From: Actinomycetota bacterium
GTDB taxonomy: Bacteria; Actinomycetota; UBA4738; HRBIN12
NCBI GenBank assembly: GCA_039933515.1
Contig: JBDTNY010000022.1
Span: 222-64,221, forward strand
DNA length: 64,000 nt
Reading direction: 5' to 3'
Shown piece after piece: positions 44,199 to 53,674 of this stretch (positions within the stretch are counted from its first letter, which is position 1; every line of letters begins with the position of its first letter). Below the pieces are notes generated by a model, which saw only the letters and a program-made list of their open reading frames with translations, was not told the origin of the DNA and made no database searches. A program made the position numbers and the translations under genes.

Positions 44199-45044
44199 CT
44201 ACCGGGGATCGTCGCCGGCTTCGCGCAGGTACCTCTCGATCTCGCTCGCGAGCTCGTCGCCCGAGGGGATCCCGTCCTCGGACTGCTGCGCCTCGAGCCG
44301 GGTGACGAAATCGCGGGTCTCGTCCTGGGCGCTCACGGCGCTGTCGAGTCCCACCCGCTGGGCGTTCGCCTCGTCCATCAGGGAACCGAGCGGCAGCTCG
44401 ATCTCCAGGTGCCGGGCGACGTGCTCGACGAGCGCGATCGTACCTGCGGCGTAGGGGCCGCCCACGTACGGCGGGATCTGCGCGTAGAACCCGGTCGTGG
44501 GGATACCCGCCCCGCTCACCCCCATCTCGAGGACGCTGAGCGCCGCGGCGGGCACGCGGAGCAGGCCCTCGGGCCCTTGCGTCTCGCCGTGCCGGAGCAG
44601 GCCGGTATCCGAGGCGGTCGCGAACACCGGCACGGGGCGCGTGTGGGGCACCGCCGCGGGCACCGCCCCGATGCTCACCCACTCCACCACGCCGTGCATC
44701 AGGGCGAACTCCATCACGTCGTCGGCGAGCTGCTTCCAACGGAAGTCGGGCTCGGCACCGTGCAGGACAAGGAGGTCCCGGCCGCCCACGCGCCGGCGCC
44801 GGATCTCGAGCTGCGGATAGTCGAGCCGGCTCAGCACTCCGTCGACGACGTCGAGCACCGGACGGCGTGAGCGATAGTCGAACAGCGCGTCGGGATCGAA
44901 CGTCGCGACCGTGTCGGCGCCCTCCGCCAGATGGGCGGCGGTCGTCGACGCGACGCCTGCCGCGTCGATCCACCCGTCGAACGCGCCCACCAGGACGGGG
45001 GCGACGAGATCGTCCAAGGGGACGATGAGCCGGATCAGGTTCAC
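44199..45044 (-). CDS. PAC2 (proteasome assembly chaperone 2-like) family protein
   Basis: PVLVGAFDGWIDAAGVA...FDYRSRRPV...LLVLHGAEPDFRW...IPTTGFYAQIPPYV is typical of actinobacterial PAC2 proteins. Confidence 0.8.
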   Translation of the reverse strand: MNLIRLIVPLDDLVAPVLVGAFDGWIDAAGVASTTAAHLAEGADTVATFDPDALFDYRSRRPVLDVVDGVLSRLDYPQLEIRRRRVGGRDLLVLHGAEPDFRWKQLADDVMEFALMHGVVEWVSIGAVPAAVPHTRPVPVFATASDTGLLRHGETQGPEGLLRVPAAALSVLEMGVSGAGIPTTGFYAQIPPYVGGPYAAGTIALVEHVARHLEIELPLGSLMDEANAQRVGLDSAVSAQDETRDFVTRLEAQQSEDGIPSGDELASEIERYLREAGDDPR

Positions 45045-45087
45045 CTACCCAGGATAGGCGGCTGCGTGGATCGTGGTGGGTTGTGGG

Positions 45088-45366
45088 TCAGCCGCGACGG
45101 AGCCGATCCATGTCGCGCCTGATCCGTGTCTCCGTCGGCTCATCGTGGCGGAAGGTCCGCCACGCATGGAACGCGATCCCGATCCCCCACCCCAAGATCG
45201 GGAAGATCGGCCAGAAGGACCCACCCCCGCTCATCCACCAGATCACAACGAGCGTCCCGTTCACCAGCACATAGGCGAGCAGGTTCGCGTAGAACTCCTG
45301 CGCGTGTTCGAGGCGGGTGAGCGCCAACTCCCGGAGCTCGTCATCGTCGCGCCCTCGGGCCATCAT
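45088..45366 (-). CDS. 2TM-domain small membrane protein
   Basis: 92 aa with two TM helices. FYANLLAYVLVNGTLVVIWW...WPIFPILGWGIGIAFHAW matches the 2TM family pattern. Confidence 0.75.
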   Translation of the reverse strand: MMARGRDDDELRELALTRLEHAQEFYANLLAYVLVNGTLVVIWWMSGGGSFWPIFPILGWGIGIAFHAWRTFRHDEPTETRIRRDMDRLRRG

Positions 45367-45531
45367 CGACGATCACCCCCTTGGGCCATGCTCCGGCAGC
45401 GGACCCTGGGCTCGTTCCGGCCGAAGGGCAGGCCCGCGGGGGGCCCATCGGGTAAGGGGAGGCTCTCGGCATGCCGATGGTGCGGCATGCGTCGGTTCCG
45501 GCATCCTGCGACCGAGGCCGGCTCGTCTCCG

Positions 45532-46239
45532 ATGGAGACGTTGCTGCTCGGGGCGCTCGTGTTCGTGCTGGCCGCGGCGATCGTGGGGTTCGCGCTGATG
45601 ATGACCTTGGCACCGCGGTCGGTCCCCGTGCCCGCCCCGGGCCCGATGCCGTCGGCGCAGGTGATCGAGATCGACTGCGGGACCGATGTCGCGGTCGTGA
45701 CGGGCGGGGCCGTTGACGCAGGTCCTCGCGGAGCCCCCGTACTCGTCATCGGCGACGAAGGCGCCACGCTGGTGTTCACCTCGCCCGGCAGCCCTGACTA
45801 CAGGATGCGGGTCTTCGAGCCCACCGGCCGCTACCTGCTCCCGCTCGCGCCCGGTGTGTGGGAAGTCGGGTGCGCCGTGCCAGGCTCGGGTCCCACCACG
45901 GTGTTCCTCGGCACGTTCGAGGTGCGCGACCCCGCTCAGATCTACCTCCGCTCGCTCCCCGATGGACCGCCGGAGGGAGCGTGCGCGCACGTCCTCGACG
46001 TGCCGCCGAGTTTCGCCGCCGATCAGCTCGGCGCGCTGCACGAGGGCCTCGCCGGCGTCGGCGTCCTGCCCACCGACACGATCGAACGCGCGGCGTACGC
46101 CGCGTCCCGCCTGAGGGCCGAGCCCCCGACCCCGCTCATCTTCCGGGTCGTGCGGGACGGGCGGATCGTCGCCCGTGTGGAAGTTGCCATCCACGGCGAC
46201 GCATGGACGGCCAGCGTGTTCGGCTGCCCCGAGGAGTAG
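45532..46239 (+). CDS. Membrane-anchored hypothetical protein
   Basis: ATG 45532 gives the TM segment METLLLGALVFVLAAAIVGFALMMTL, then a globular domain. GC3 is high. I recognise no family. Confidence 0.6.
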   Translation: METLLLGALVFVLAAAIVGFALMMTLAPRSVPVPAPGPMPSAQVIEIDCGTDVAVVTGGAVDAGPRGAPVLVIGDEGATLVFTSPGSPDYRMRVFEPTGRYLLPLAPGVWEVGCAVPGSGPTTVFLGTFEVRDPAQIYLRSLPDGPPEGACAHVLDVPPSFAADQLGALHEGLAGVGVLPTDTIERAAYAASRLRAEPPTPLIFRVVRDGRIVARVEVAIHGDAWTASVFGCPEE

Positions 46240-46313
46240 TGGCCGGCGGACTCGGCGACGACCTGCACGGGTCGTGGTCAGCTCGTGCCCGAGAGCACGG
46301 TAGGGTGCGTCAG

Positions 46314-47096
46314 ATGGCGGAACCGATCGGGACGGTGACCGGTCCGGGCGGGATCCGGGTCGATGAGATCGGGGTCGGTCCCCGGGTCGTGCTCGTGCAC
46401 GGCGGAGGCGCGCCCGGGTTCGGCGCGTTCGAGGCGCAGCTCCCGCTCGCGGCGAGGTGGCGGCTCGTCGCTCCTCATCGGTTCGGGTTCGCCGGGAGCC
46501 CCGACCGGCCCGAGGATTGGGAGATCGACGCGCCGGTCGTGGCCGAGCTCCTGGGGGACGGGGCGCATCTCGTCGGCGCGTCGTACGGCGGCACGGTGGC
46601 GCTGCTCGCGGCGGCGCGGCGCCCCGAGGCCGTGCGATCGCTCACGCTGGTCGAGCCCTCAGCGATCTCGATCGCGATGGACGACCCCGTGGTCATCGAA
46701 TTCGAACGCGAGACGCGTGCCGCGCTCGCCCTCCCCGAGCCGGGCGATGCCCTCAGATCGCTGTTCTCCGCGGTGGACCCGGCGGCGACGTGGCCGGACC
46801 CGCTCACGCCGCCGCTCGAGGAGTTGGGTCGGCGGCTGCAGAATATGCGGCTCCCGCAGGACGCGGTCTACGACGCGGGAACGCTCGCGGGCGGTGGCTT
46901 CCCGATCGTGGTCGTGACGGGAGGAGACCGGCCGCCGTTCGAGTCGATCGCCGCGGCCCTCGTTCGCGAGCTCGGGGCGAGACACCTGGTGATCGCCCAC
47001 GGGCCACATGGGACGCAGCACCTCGGAGCCCCTTTCAACGATCTCGTCGAACGGGTGTGGCGAGACGCCGACGCGGCGTCGTCACCCCCGGCCTGA
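46314..47096 (+). CDS. Alpha/beta hydrolase fold protein
   Basis: VVLVHGGG..., nucleophile elbow GASYGG, and a C-terminal His region (IAHGPHGTQ). Confidence 0.75.
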   Translation: MAEPIGTVTGPGGIRVDEIGVGPRVVLVHGGGAPGFGAFEAQLPLAARWRLVAPHRFGFAGSPDRPEDWEIDAPVVAELLGDGAHLVGASYGGTVALLAAARRPEAVRSLTLVEPSAISIAMDDPVVIEFERETRAALALPEPGDALRSLFSAVDPAATWPDPLTPPLEELGRRLQNMRLPQDAVYDAGTLAGGGFPIVVVTGGDRPPFESIAAALVRELGARHLVIAHGPHGTQHLGAPFNDLVERVWRDADAASSPPA

Positions 47097-47104
47097 AGGG
47101 TGCC

Positions 47105-47935
47105 TCAGCGCGAAGCAGGCCCAGCTCCAGCGGGCTCGGCGGCGCCCACGTGGCCGACGGTGACGAAGCCCGCCCGCTCGTAGACCCGGGCGATGTCGAC
47201 GTTGCCGGCCGACAGGCAGATCACCCCGATGCCGCGGCCGACCGCATCCTCGATGAGCGCAGCGGTCACCGCGGCCCCAAGTCCCCGCCGCCGGAACGCG
47301 GGAAGGGTCGCGACGCCGACGATCTCAGTGGCGCCCTCATGGGGTTGGTGGCTGCCGACCGAGACCGGCACACCGTCGACGAACGCCGCGGCCGTCACGG
47401 TGAGCCCGGCCCGAACCCGTTCGCGTGAAAAGGCCAGGATGCCCGCGTCCATCGCGGCCGCCGCGCCGGGGAGCGACGCAGTGCCGGCCTCACCGACCTC
47501 GGTGCCGGGCGCGCCGAAGCCCACGGCAGCGACCGCCGAGACCGTGGCGAGATCGTCGTCGGGGCCGGCGATACGCACGTCCACGCCGTCGGGAATCGTC
47601 ACCGCCTGCGGGGAGTTCGCCGGCAGGTGCATCAGCGGCATCCGATGGGAGACCATGCCGGTTGCAGCGGCCGCGGGCCCGACGCTGGGAGCGAGATCGA
47701 CGATCCACTCGATCGCCTCGGGCTGGCCTAGCTCGCGCTGACGGGCCCGGACGGCGTCGATGTCGCCGGGCTCGAAGCGCTCGGCGCCCGGGGCCGGCCG
47801 CGCGTAATAGCGCCAGCCGTTCCCGCTTTGGATGAAGAGCGTGAACGGTCCGATCGTCTCGGTACGGGCTGCGGTTCGCGGCACTGCGTCGAGGTAGACA
47901 TCGAGCCGTCGGAGCAGATCCGGGTCGCCTGGCAT
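47105..47935 (-). CDS. GNAT family N-acetyltransferase (two-domain)
   Basis: C-terminal acetyl-CoA motif VATLPAFRRRGLGAAVTAAL...ARVYERAGF. ATG 47935 chosen. Confidence 0.78.
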   Translation of the reverse strand: MPGDPDLLRRLDVYLDAVPRTAARTETIGPFTLFIQSGNGWRYYARPAPGAERFEPGDIDAVRARQRELGQPEAIEWIVDLAPSVGPAAAATGMVSHRMPLMHLPANSPQAVTIPDGVDVRIAGPDDDLATVSAVAAVGFGAPGTEVGEAGTASLPGAAAAMDAGILAFSRERVRAGLTVTAAAFVDGVPVSVGSHQPHEGATEIVGVATLPAFRRRGLGAAVTAALIEDAVGRGIGVICLSAGNVDIARVYERAGFVTVGHVGAAEPAGAGPASR

Positions 47936-48010
47936 GCGGCTCAGGCTACGCCGCGCGGGCGAGGCTCGGCACCTCCAGCCGACGACCGGCAGGACGCGGT
48001 TCATGAGGTT

Positions 48011-48028
48011 CTCAGGCAACGCTCAGCC
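48011..48028 (+). promoter_or_regulatory. Direct repeat CTCAGGC-N4-CTCAGCC (11-bp phase) just upstream of the response-regulator gene
   Basis: Seen directly in the sequence, 15-32 nt before the start at 48043. OmpR-family regulators commonly bind direct repeats in helical phase. Confidence 0.3.
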
Positions 48029-48042
48029 TCGGGGACTAGCCT

Positions 48043-48741
48043 GTGGCGATGAGTGAGCCGCGGGTCCTGGTCGTCGACGACGAGTCGAACATCACGGACC
48101 TAGTGTCGATGGCCTTGCGCTACGAGGGGTTCGAGGTCGAGACGGCTGCCTCCGGTCGTGAGGCGATCCGGATGGTCGAGAAGTTCCGGCCCGAGGTGGT
48201 GATCCTCGACGTGATGCTGCCCGACGTCGACGGGTTCGCCGTGACCGAACGGCTCAAGAGCGCCCGGGTGAAGGTGCCGATCCTCTTCCTGACCGCGCGG
48301 GACGCGCTGGAGGACAAGGTCCGGGGCCTCACGCTCGGCGGCGACGACTACGTGACGAAGCCGTTCAGCTTGGAGGAGCTCGTGGCGCGCGTCCGCGCAT
48401 TGCTCCGCAGATCCGGCGCTGAACTCGGGTCCGGCCCGCTCCAGTTCGCCGACGTCGAGCTGGATGACGACACGCACGAGGTGCGCCGCGCGGGTGCGAC
48501 CGTCGAGCTCACCGCCACGGAGTTCCGATTGCTGCGCTACCTGATGCAGAACGCCCCCCGTGTCCTCTCGAAGGCTCAGATCCTCGACCACGTCTGGAAC
48601 TACGACTTCGGGGGCGATGCGAACATCGTGGAGACCTACGTGAGCTACATCCGTCGCAAGCTCGACGCGGCGGGACCGCCGCTGATCCATACGGTGCGTG
48701 GCGTGGGCTACCGCCTGGCGGCGCCACCGCCCAAGGGCTGA
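48043..48741 (+). CDS. OmpR/PhoB-family response regulator
   Basis: Receiver domain (VLVVDDE...ILDVMLPDVDG...LTARD...GGDDYVTKPF) and winged-helix output domain (LTATEFRLLRYL...VETYVSYIRRKL...TVRGVGYRL). Confidence 0.93.
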   Translation: MAMSEPRVLVVDDESNITDLVSMALRYEGFEVETAASGREAIRMVEKFRPEVVILDVMLPDVDGFAVTERLKSARVKVPILFLTARDALEDKVRGLTLGGDDYVTKPFSLEELVARVRALLRRSGAELGSGPLQFADVELDDDTHEVRRAGATVELTATEFRLLRYLMQNAPRVLSKAQILDHVWNYDFGGDANIVETYVSYIRRKLDAAGPPLIHTVRGVGYRLAAPPPKG

Positions 48742-48744
48742 CGC

Positions 48745-50202
48745 GTGACCCTTCGCGCCCGCCTCACGATCGTGCTGATGATCGTGGTCGCCGCGGGCCT
48801 GACCGTGGCCGATGTCGCGACGTTCGCCGCGCTCCGTTCGTTCCTGATCCAGCGGGTCGATCAGCAGCTGCGGGCCTCGACGTCGACGATCGGGCACCTC
48901 CTCGCGTCGGCAGAGGCACCGTCGGGAGCCGTGGCGATCCCGACCGACGGGGACGACTCGTTCGTCCCTTCGGGAACGTACGCGGCGCTGTACGACACCG
49001 GTGGTCGCGAACTGAACCACGCGTCGTTCAGCTACGGAACCGTAGCCGGCGCCGCTCCCGACCTGCCCGCCGACGTCTCCTCGTTCGACGGAGGCTCGGT
49101 GCTCTCGTCGATCGGTTCGACGGGGGACGGTTCGGGGTTCCGCGTGATCGCCGAGAGGTTCGAGGGCGGCTACACCGTCGTGGTCGCGATCCCGTTGACC
49201 GAGGTCGAGCAGACGCTCCGCCAACTGGTGATCGTAGCCCTGCTCGTCACCCTCGCGGTGATCGCCGCGACCGCGGCGCTCGCGTTCTGGATCGTGCGGC
49301 GGGGGCTCACCCCGCTCGAGCGCATCGAGCACACCGCGGGGGCGATCGCGGCCGGCGACCTGTCCCGACGCGTCGAGGACGCCGACGCGCGACCGGAGGT
49401 CGGACGCCTCGGCGCCGCCCTGAACGTGATGCTCGGGCGGATCGAGCGTTCGATGGACGAACAGCGCGCCGCCGAGGAGGCGCTGCGCCGGTTCCTCGCG
49501 GATGCGTCGCACGAACTACGGACGCCCCTGACCTCGATCCGCGGCTACGCGGAGCTGTTCCGGCGCGGGGCCGGCGACGATCCGTCGGACACGGCGCTGG
49601 CGATGCGGCGTATCGAGCAGGAGAGCGCGCGGATGGGGGTGCTCGTCGACGATCTGCTGTTCCTGGCGCGCTCGGGCCGGGGTCGTCCCGTCGACCGCGA
49701 GCCGTTCGATCTCTCTCGCGTGACCGCCGACGCCGCGCAGGACGCGCGCGCGGTGGATCCCGCCCGGACGGTCGGTCTCGCCGTCCCGGGCTCGCTCACG
49801 GTGGTGGGCGACGAGGGCCGGATCCGTCAGGTGCTCGCCAACCTGCTCTCGAACGCGCTCGTCCACACGCCCGAAGGCTCGCCGATCGATCTCGTCGCGA
49901 GGACGATCGACGGGTATGCCGAGGTTACGGTGACCGACCGTGGACCCGGGATGACGGCCGAGGAGGCCGCCCGCGTCTTCGACGCGTTCTACCGCGCCGA
50001 TCCGGCGAGAGGCCGCGCGTCGAGCGGTGAAGGGGCAGGGTCGGGGCTGGGGCTCGCGATCGCTACGGCGATCGCCCAAGCGCATGACGGCTCACTGGCG
50101 GTGACGAGCGAGCCGGGCCGAGGCGCGACCTTCGTGCTGCGCCTGCCCCTGACCGGGCCGACGCTCACGCCGGACGAATCCGATCCACCGCCCGAAGCTT
50201 GA
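48745..50202 (+). CDS. Sensor histidine kinase (2 TM, HAMP, HisKA, HATPase_c)
   Basis: H-box FLADASHELRTPLTSI, N-box LLSNALVHTP, G-boxes DRGPGM and GSGLGLAI. A GTG start lies 4 nt after the regulator's stop. Confidence 0.92.
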   Translation: MTLRARLTIVLMIVVAAGLTVADVATFAALRSFLIQRVDQQLRASTSTIGHLLASAEAPSGAVAIPTDGDDSFVPSGTYAALYDTGGRELNHASFSYGTVAGAAPDLPADVSSFDGGSVLSSIGSTGDGSGFRVIAERFEGGYTVVVAIPLTEVEQTLRQLVIVALLVTLAVIAATAALAFWIVRRGLTPLERIEHTAGAIAAGDLSRRVEDADARPEVGRLGAALNVMLGRIERSMDEQRAAEEALRRFLADASHELRTPLTSIRGYAELFRRGAGDDPSDTALAMRRIEQESARMGVLVDDLLFLARSGRGRPVDREPFDLSRVTADAAQDARAVDPARTVGLAVPGSLTVVGDEGRIRQVLANLLSNALVHTPEGSPIDLVARTIDGYAEVTVTDRGPGMTAEEAARVFDAFYRADPARGRASSGEGAGSGLGLAIATAIAQAHDGSLAVTSEPGRGATFVLRLPLTGPTLTPDESDPPPEA

Positions 50203-50389
50203 GGGCCAGCACCGGACACGCGGTCACCGCGCGTTGCGCGTGCGCCATGAGGGCAGGCGGCACCTCTCGTCGATCGAGGATCGGGTAGCCCCAGTCGTCG
50301 AGGCGGATCATCTCGGGGAGCAGATCGGCGCACAGGCCATGTCCGTCGCACGCGATCGGGTCGAGAGAGATCGTGGTCGGTTCACGCAT
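50165..50389 (-). CDS. Small ferredoxin (single-cluster, Fer4_15-like)
   Basis: 74 aa. IACDGHGLCADLLPE...AVTACP gives a C-x4-C ... CP pattern. Its 3' end overlaps the convergent kinase gene by 38 nt. Confidence 0.7.
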   Translation of the reverse strand: MREPTTISLDPIACDGHGLCADLLPEMIRLDDWGYPILDRREVPPALMAHAQRAVTACPVLALKLRAVDRIRPA

Positions 50390-50400
50390 CGGCCGGTCCT

Positions 50401-51675
50401 TCAATAGAGGGGGAGGAGCGTCTGGGCGGGATCGGCGTCGCACTGCCCGTGGATCCGATGGCGTTCGATATCCGCGGCGAACACCTTGAGGCCGCTCCGC
50501 ACGAATCGCACGGCGCCATCGGGAAGCCGGCACGCACCGCGCCCCTCGACGTCGTCGCTCCACCGGCGGAGCTGCGCGGCCGTGTCGCGGCCACCGCCGC
50601 GAACGAGTGAGCTGAGCCCGCCGGCGATCGACGCCAGTCCGTGCACGCACGGCCCGCACTGGTTCGCCGTCTGGCCCGCGAACCACGTCGCGACGCGCTC
50701 GGTCTCGCGGAGCCCGCACGCGCCGCGCGGCAGGAACCACAGAACCCCCGCGCCGAACGCCGTCCCGTGGGCGGCCAGGTCCGGGTCGCTGAGCCTGACG
50801 TCGAGGGCGTGTGCGACGTCGATCCAAGCCCCGAAGTAGCCCCCCACGAGGACCGCGGCGACATCGTCGTCGCGTCCAGCCGCGGCCCGCAGCACGTTCG
50901 CGACCGGCGTGCCCCCCGCGACCTCGTACACCCCGGGCTTCGCGACGGCGCCGGAGACCGTCACGAGCCGGCTGCCCGGCTCGTCGTCGGCCCCCACCTC
51001 GCGGAACCAGTCGGCGCCGAAGGCGGCGATCTGCGCGAGGTGGGCGAGGGTCTCGACGTTCTGCACCAAGGTCGGCCGCCCATCGACCCCCCGCTCGAAG
51101 GGCCGCGGGCCCATCGCCGGGATCGCGGGGTCACCGCCGATCGCCCGCACGAGCGAGCGTTCCTCGCCCGTGATGTATGCCCGGGGCACGCGAACGATCC
51201 GGATCGTGACGCCGGTGTGCTCGGGGCCACGCCGTGCGGCGAGGGCCGTCTGGATCGATCGGGCCGCGTCGTCGGTGTCGATCCCGAACTCGATCCGGTC
51301 GGCGCCCACGGCCGCCGCCGCCGCGAGCGCGCCGTCGAGCACGAGATGGGGGCGTGTGGTCAAGAGCAGCCGGTCCTTCATGCTGGCCGGCTCGCTCTCG
51401 GCGCCATTGACGACCACGATCGCGCGGCGCCTGCCCGACGCCACGGCCAGGAGCTTCTTCGCGGTCGGGAACCCGGCGCCGCCCCGTCCGAGCAGTCCGG
51501 CGCGCTCGACCTCGTCGATCAGCGGCCGGTTCGCGCCTCGGCCGGGCCGCGGTGGTGGTGGCATCAGAGCCCGATGCGCCGCGAGGTCGGCGGGGCCGCC
51601 AGAACCCGGAGCCGCCGCCAGGATGCGCGGCAGCCCGGTGGGGCCGGTGGAGGTCAGGGGTTGGACGGCGGCCAA
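50401..51675 (-). CDS. NuoF-like (complex I 51-kDa subunit family) flavoprotein with SLBB and Fe-S regions
   Basis: GLLGRGGAGFPTAKKL (FMN site), VVNGAESEPASMKDR (NADH site), and Fe-S region NQCGPCVHG...GACRLPDGA. Confidence 0.82.
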   Translation of the reverse strand: MAAVQPLTSTGPTGLPRILAAAPGSGGPADLAAHRALMPPPPRPGRGANRPLIDEVERAGLLGRGGAGFPTAKKLLAVASGRRRAIVVVNGAESEPASMKDRLLLTTRPHLVLDGALAAAAAVGADRIEFGIDTDDAARSIQTALAARRGPEHTGVTIRIVRVPRAYITGEERSLVRAIGGDPAIPAMGPRPFERGVDGRPTLVQNVETLAHLAQIAAFGADWFREVGADDEPGSRLVTVSGAVAKPGVYEVAGGTPVANVLRAAAGRDDDVAAVLVGGYFGAWIDVAHALDVRLSDPDLAAHGTAFGAGVLWFLPRGACGLRETERVATWFAGQTANQCGPCVHGLASIAGGLSSLVRGGGRDTAAQLRRWSDDVEGRGACRLPDGAVRFVRSGLKVFAADIERHRIHGQCDADPAQTLLPLY

Positions 51676-51690
51676 GAGGATGCGGCTCCT

Positions 51691-52737
51691 TCAGATCGAG
51701 CTTCCCGCGGGGGTCAGATGCATCGTGCCGTGCGTGGTGCCTGCCTGGTCAACGATCTGCATCGTCAGGTCGACGTCGACGGTCGTGCCGGCCGCGTCGG
51801 TCAGCCGGGCGACGATGCGCCCGCCTTGGAGCGACTCGATCGCGCCCACGTACTTCGTGGGCGCCACGCCGAGCGAGACCTGCCCGCGCCGAACGGAGAG
51901 CCCGTCGGGCGTGGCGGTGCCGCCGAGCAGGATCTCGATCGGCATCTCCGAGGTGTCGAGCGTGCCGACGATGTCGAGCTCCACCGATCCGTCGGCGTTC
52001 GCGCGCTGGCTCGCCTGAGCGGTGAAGGCCGAATTCGTCGGGAGCGACGTGGAGGCGGACTGCACGCGCGCGGCGGGAGGCGTGTGCGCCGGGGTACCCG
52101 CGGCGTTCGCCCAGCCGGGGGCGAGCGGGCCGGCGAGCAGCCAGACGGCCACGCCGAACGTGCCGGTGGCGGTCGCGCCGAACGCTGCGAGCCGGGGCAG
52201 GGCTTGCGGTGGTTGCACGCTGTAGGCGCGCCACCAGACGGCGCCGACCACCGACGCCAGGCAGCCGGCGTCGAGCAGCAGCATCCAGGCGGCGCTCGTG
52301 TCGCTGCCGGTGCCGAGTCCGTGCAGGAGCGCGACCGGCCAGCATGCATACGCGAGCCAATGGATCGCCTTCCAGGATCGGTACCCGAGCCGGACCCGCA
52401 CGAGGCTCGTGATGACCAGGGCCACCAGCAGGTCGAAGCCGACCGCCCCCAGACCGAGCCAGACCGGCCGGTAGGCCGAGGTGAACGGCAGCAGCGCGTC
52501 CGCCCAACGGATCGGGGCGTAGCTATCGAAGACGGCGGTCGCCACGTGCACGCCGAGGAACGCGACGGCCATCAGGGAGAGGTTCCGGTGCAGCCCTTGG
52601 GTGATGAACCTGGGCCAGCGGCTCGAGGCCCAGCCCACCGAGCCCGTGATCCCGAGGACCACCACGCCGGTCAGCAGCAGGAGCGACACCGCTCCGGTGC
52701 CACGGGTCAGGAACCAGTACGCCTGGGTCGCGATCAC
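51691..52737 (-). CDS. Ferric-reductase-like (MsrQ/YedZ-like) transmembrane protein with an unknown C-terminal domain of about 130 aa
   Basis: Six TM segments with conserved His pairs (QGLHRNLSL...FLGVHV and KAIHWLAYA...ALLHG), which suggests di-heme binding. The beta-rich C-terminal region lacks a recognisable FMN_bind motif. Confidence 0.78.
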   Translation of the reverse strand: MIATQAYWFLTRGTGAVSLLLLTGVVVLGITGSVGWASSRWPRFITQGLHRNLSLMAVAFLGVHVATAVFDSYAPIRWADALLPFTSAYRPVWLGLGAVGFDLLVALVITSLVRVRLGYRSWKAIHWLAYACWPVALLHGLGTGSDTSAAWMLLLDAGCLASVVGAVWWRAYSVQPPQALPRLAAFGATATGTFGVAVWLLAGPLAPGWANAAGTPAHTPPAARVQSASTSLPTNSAFTAQASQRANADGSVELDIVGTLDTSEMPIEILLGGTATPDGLSVRRGQVSLGVAPTKYVGAIESLQGGRIVARLTDAAGTTVDVDLTMQIVDQAGTTHGTMHLTPAGSSI

Positions 52738-52753
52738 CGGTATCGGCCCACGT

Positions 52754-53674
52754 TCACGCCGCGGCTTCCGCCGGCCAGCCGGCGGTGCGCACGATCGTGC
52801 CGTCGATCCTGACCAGCCTGGCGGGAAGGCCGAGCCGCTGCAGCCAGAGTGCGGCCGGCTCGCCGCGCACGATCGCGGCGGTGGCGGCGACGTTCGCGTC
52901 CACGCAGGTGGCGGCGGCCACGCTCACGGTGCGCCAGACCTCAGCGGCGGGAAGCCCGGTCGAAGGATCGACGACGTGGTGAAGCTGGCGCCCGCCGCGG
53001 ATCCACCTGCGCACGGTCGTACTCGAGGTCGCGAGGCCGCCGGCGTCGATCCGGATCGTCTGGCCGGGCTCCGCGGGCGAATCGTGCGCGTCGGCGAGGC
53101 CGACGTCCCAGCCGCCACGCGGCGCGTCGCCCGCCACGGCGATATCGCCGCCCAGGCTGACCAGCACACCCGACTCGGAAGCGGCTGCCGCCGCCCGGGC
53201 CGCTCGGTCGGCGGCGAACGCCTTGGCCGTGGCGCCCAGGTCGAGCCGCACCCCACGCGGGATGCGAACCTGCACTCGCTCGCGGTCGAGCTCCACCGCG
53301 CGCCACCCAGGAGCGGCTCGGAGGGAACCGATCGGAGGACCGTCGCGGTCCATCCCCGCGAAGTCGCGGTCGTAGCCGACCAGCAGCAACGCCTCGCCCA
53401 CCGTGGGATCGACGTCGCCGTCGGTGAGCGCGGCGGCTCGGAGGGCGACCTCGATCGCGTCGATCAGGAGCGGCGCCACCCGCACCCACGTGCCGGCGCT
53501 CTCATGCAGACGCGCGAGTTCGCTGTCGGGCCGGAAACGGCTGCACGCGAGATCGATCGCGTCGACCTCGCGGCGCACGGCCAGGATCGCGCTGGGGAGG
53601 CCGTCGGGATCGGCGGCGACGACGGTCGCGGTCGTGCCGAACGCTCGGAACGAACACGTGGCCGGCGGGCGCAT
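52754..53674 (-). CDS. apbE: FAD:protein FMN transferase (ApbE family)
   Basis: FRAFGTTATV...SRFRPDSELARL...DPTVG...LDLGATAKAFAADRA...SLGGDIA...GLATSST...HHVVDPSTG are ApbE hallmarks. Confidence 0.88.
   Translation of the reverse strand: MRPPATCSFRAFGTTATVVAADPDGLPSAILAVRREVDAIDLACSRFRPDSELARLHESAGTWVRVAPLLIDAIEVALRAAALTDGDVDPTVGEALLLVGYDRDFAGMDRDGPPIGSLRAAPGWRAVELDRERVQVRIPRGVRLDLGATAKAFAADRAARAAAAASESGVLVSLGGDIAVAGDAPRGGWDVGLADAHDSPAEPGQTIRIDAGGLATSSTTVRRWIRGGRQLHHVVDPSTGLPAAEVWRTVSVAAATCVDANVAATAAIVRGEPAALWLQRLGLPARLVRIDGTIVRTAGWPAEAAA

Noticed and set aside
51691-52100. C-terminal domain of the ferric-reductase-like protein considered as an FMN_bind (RnfG/NqrC-type) flavinylation domain.
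   Set aside because: I can see no SGAT-type motif and no resemblance to the FMN_bind pattern; only LGGTATP comes close. I have kept it as an unknown domain.
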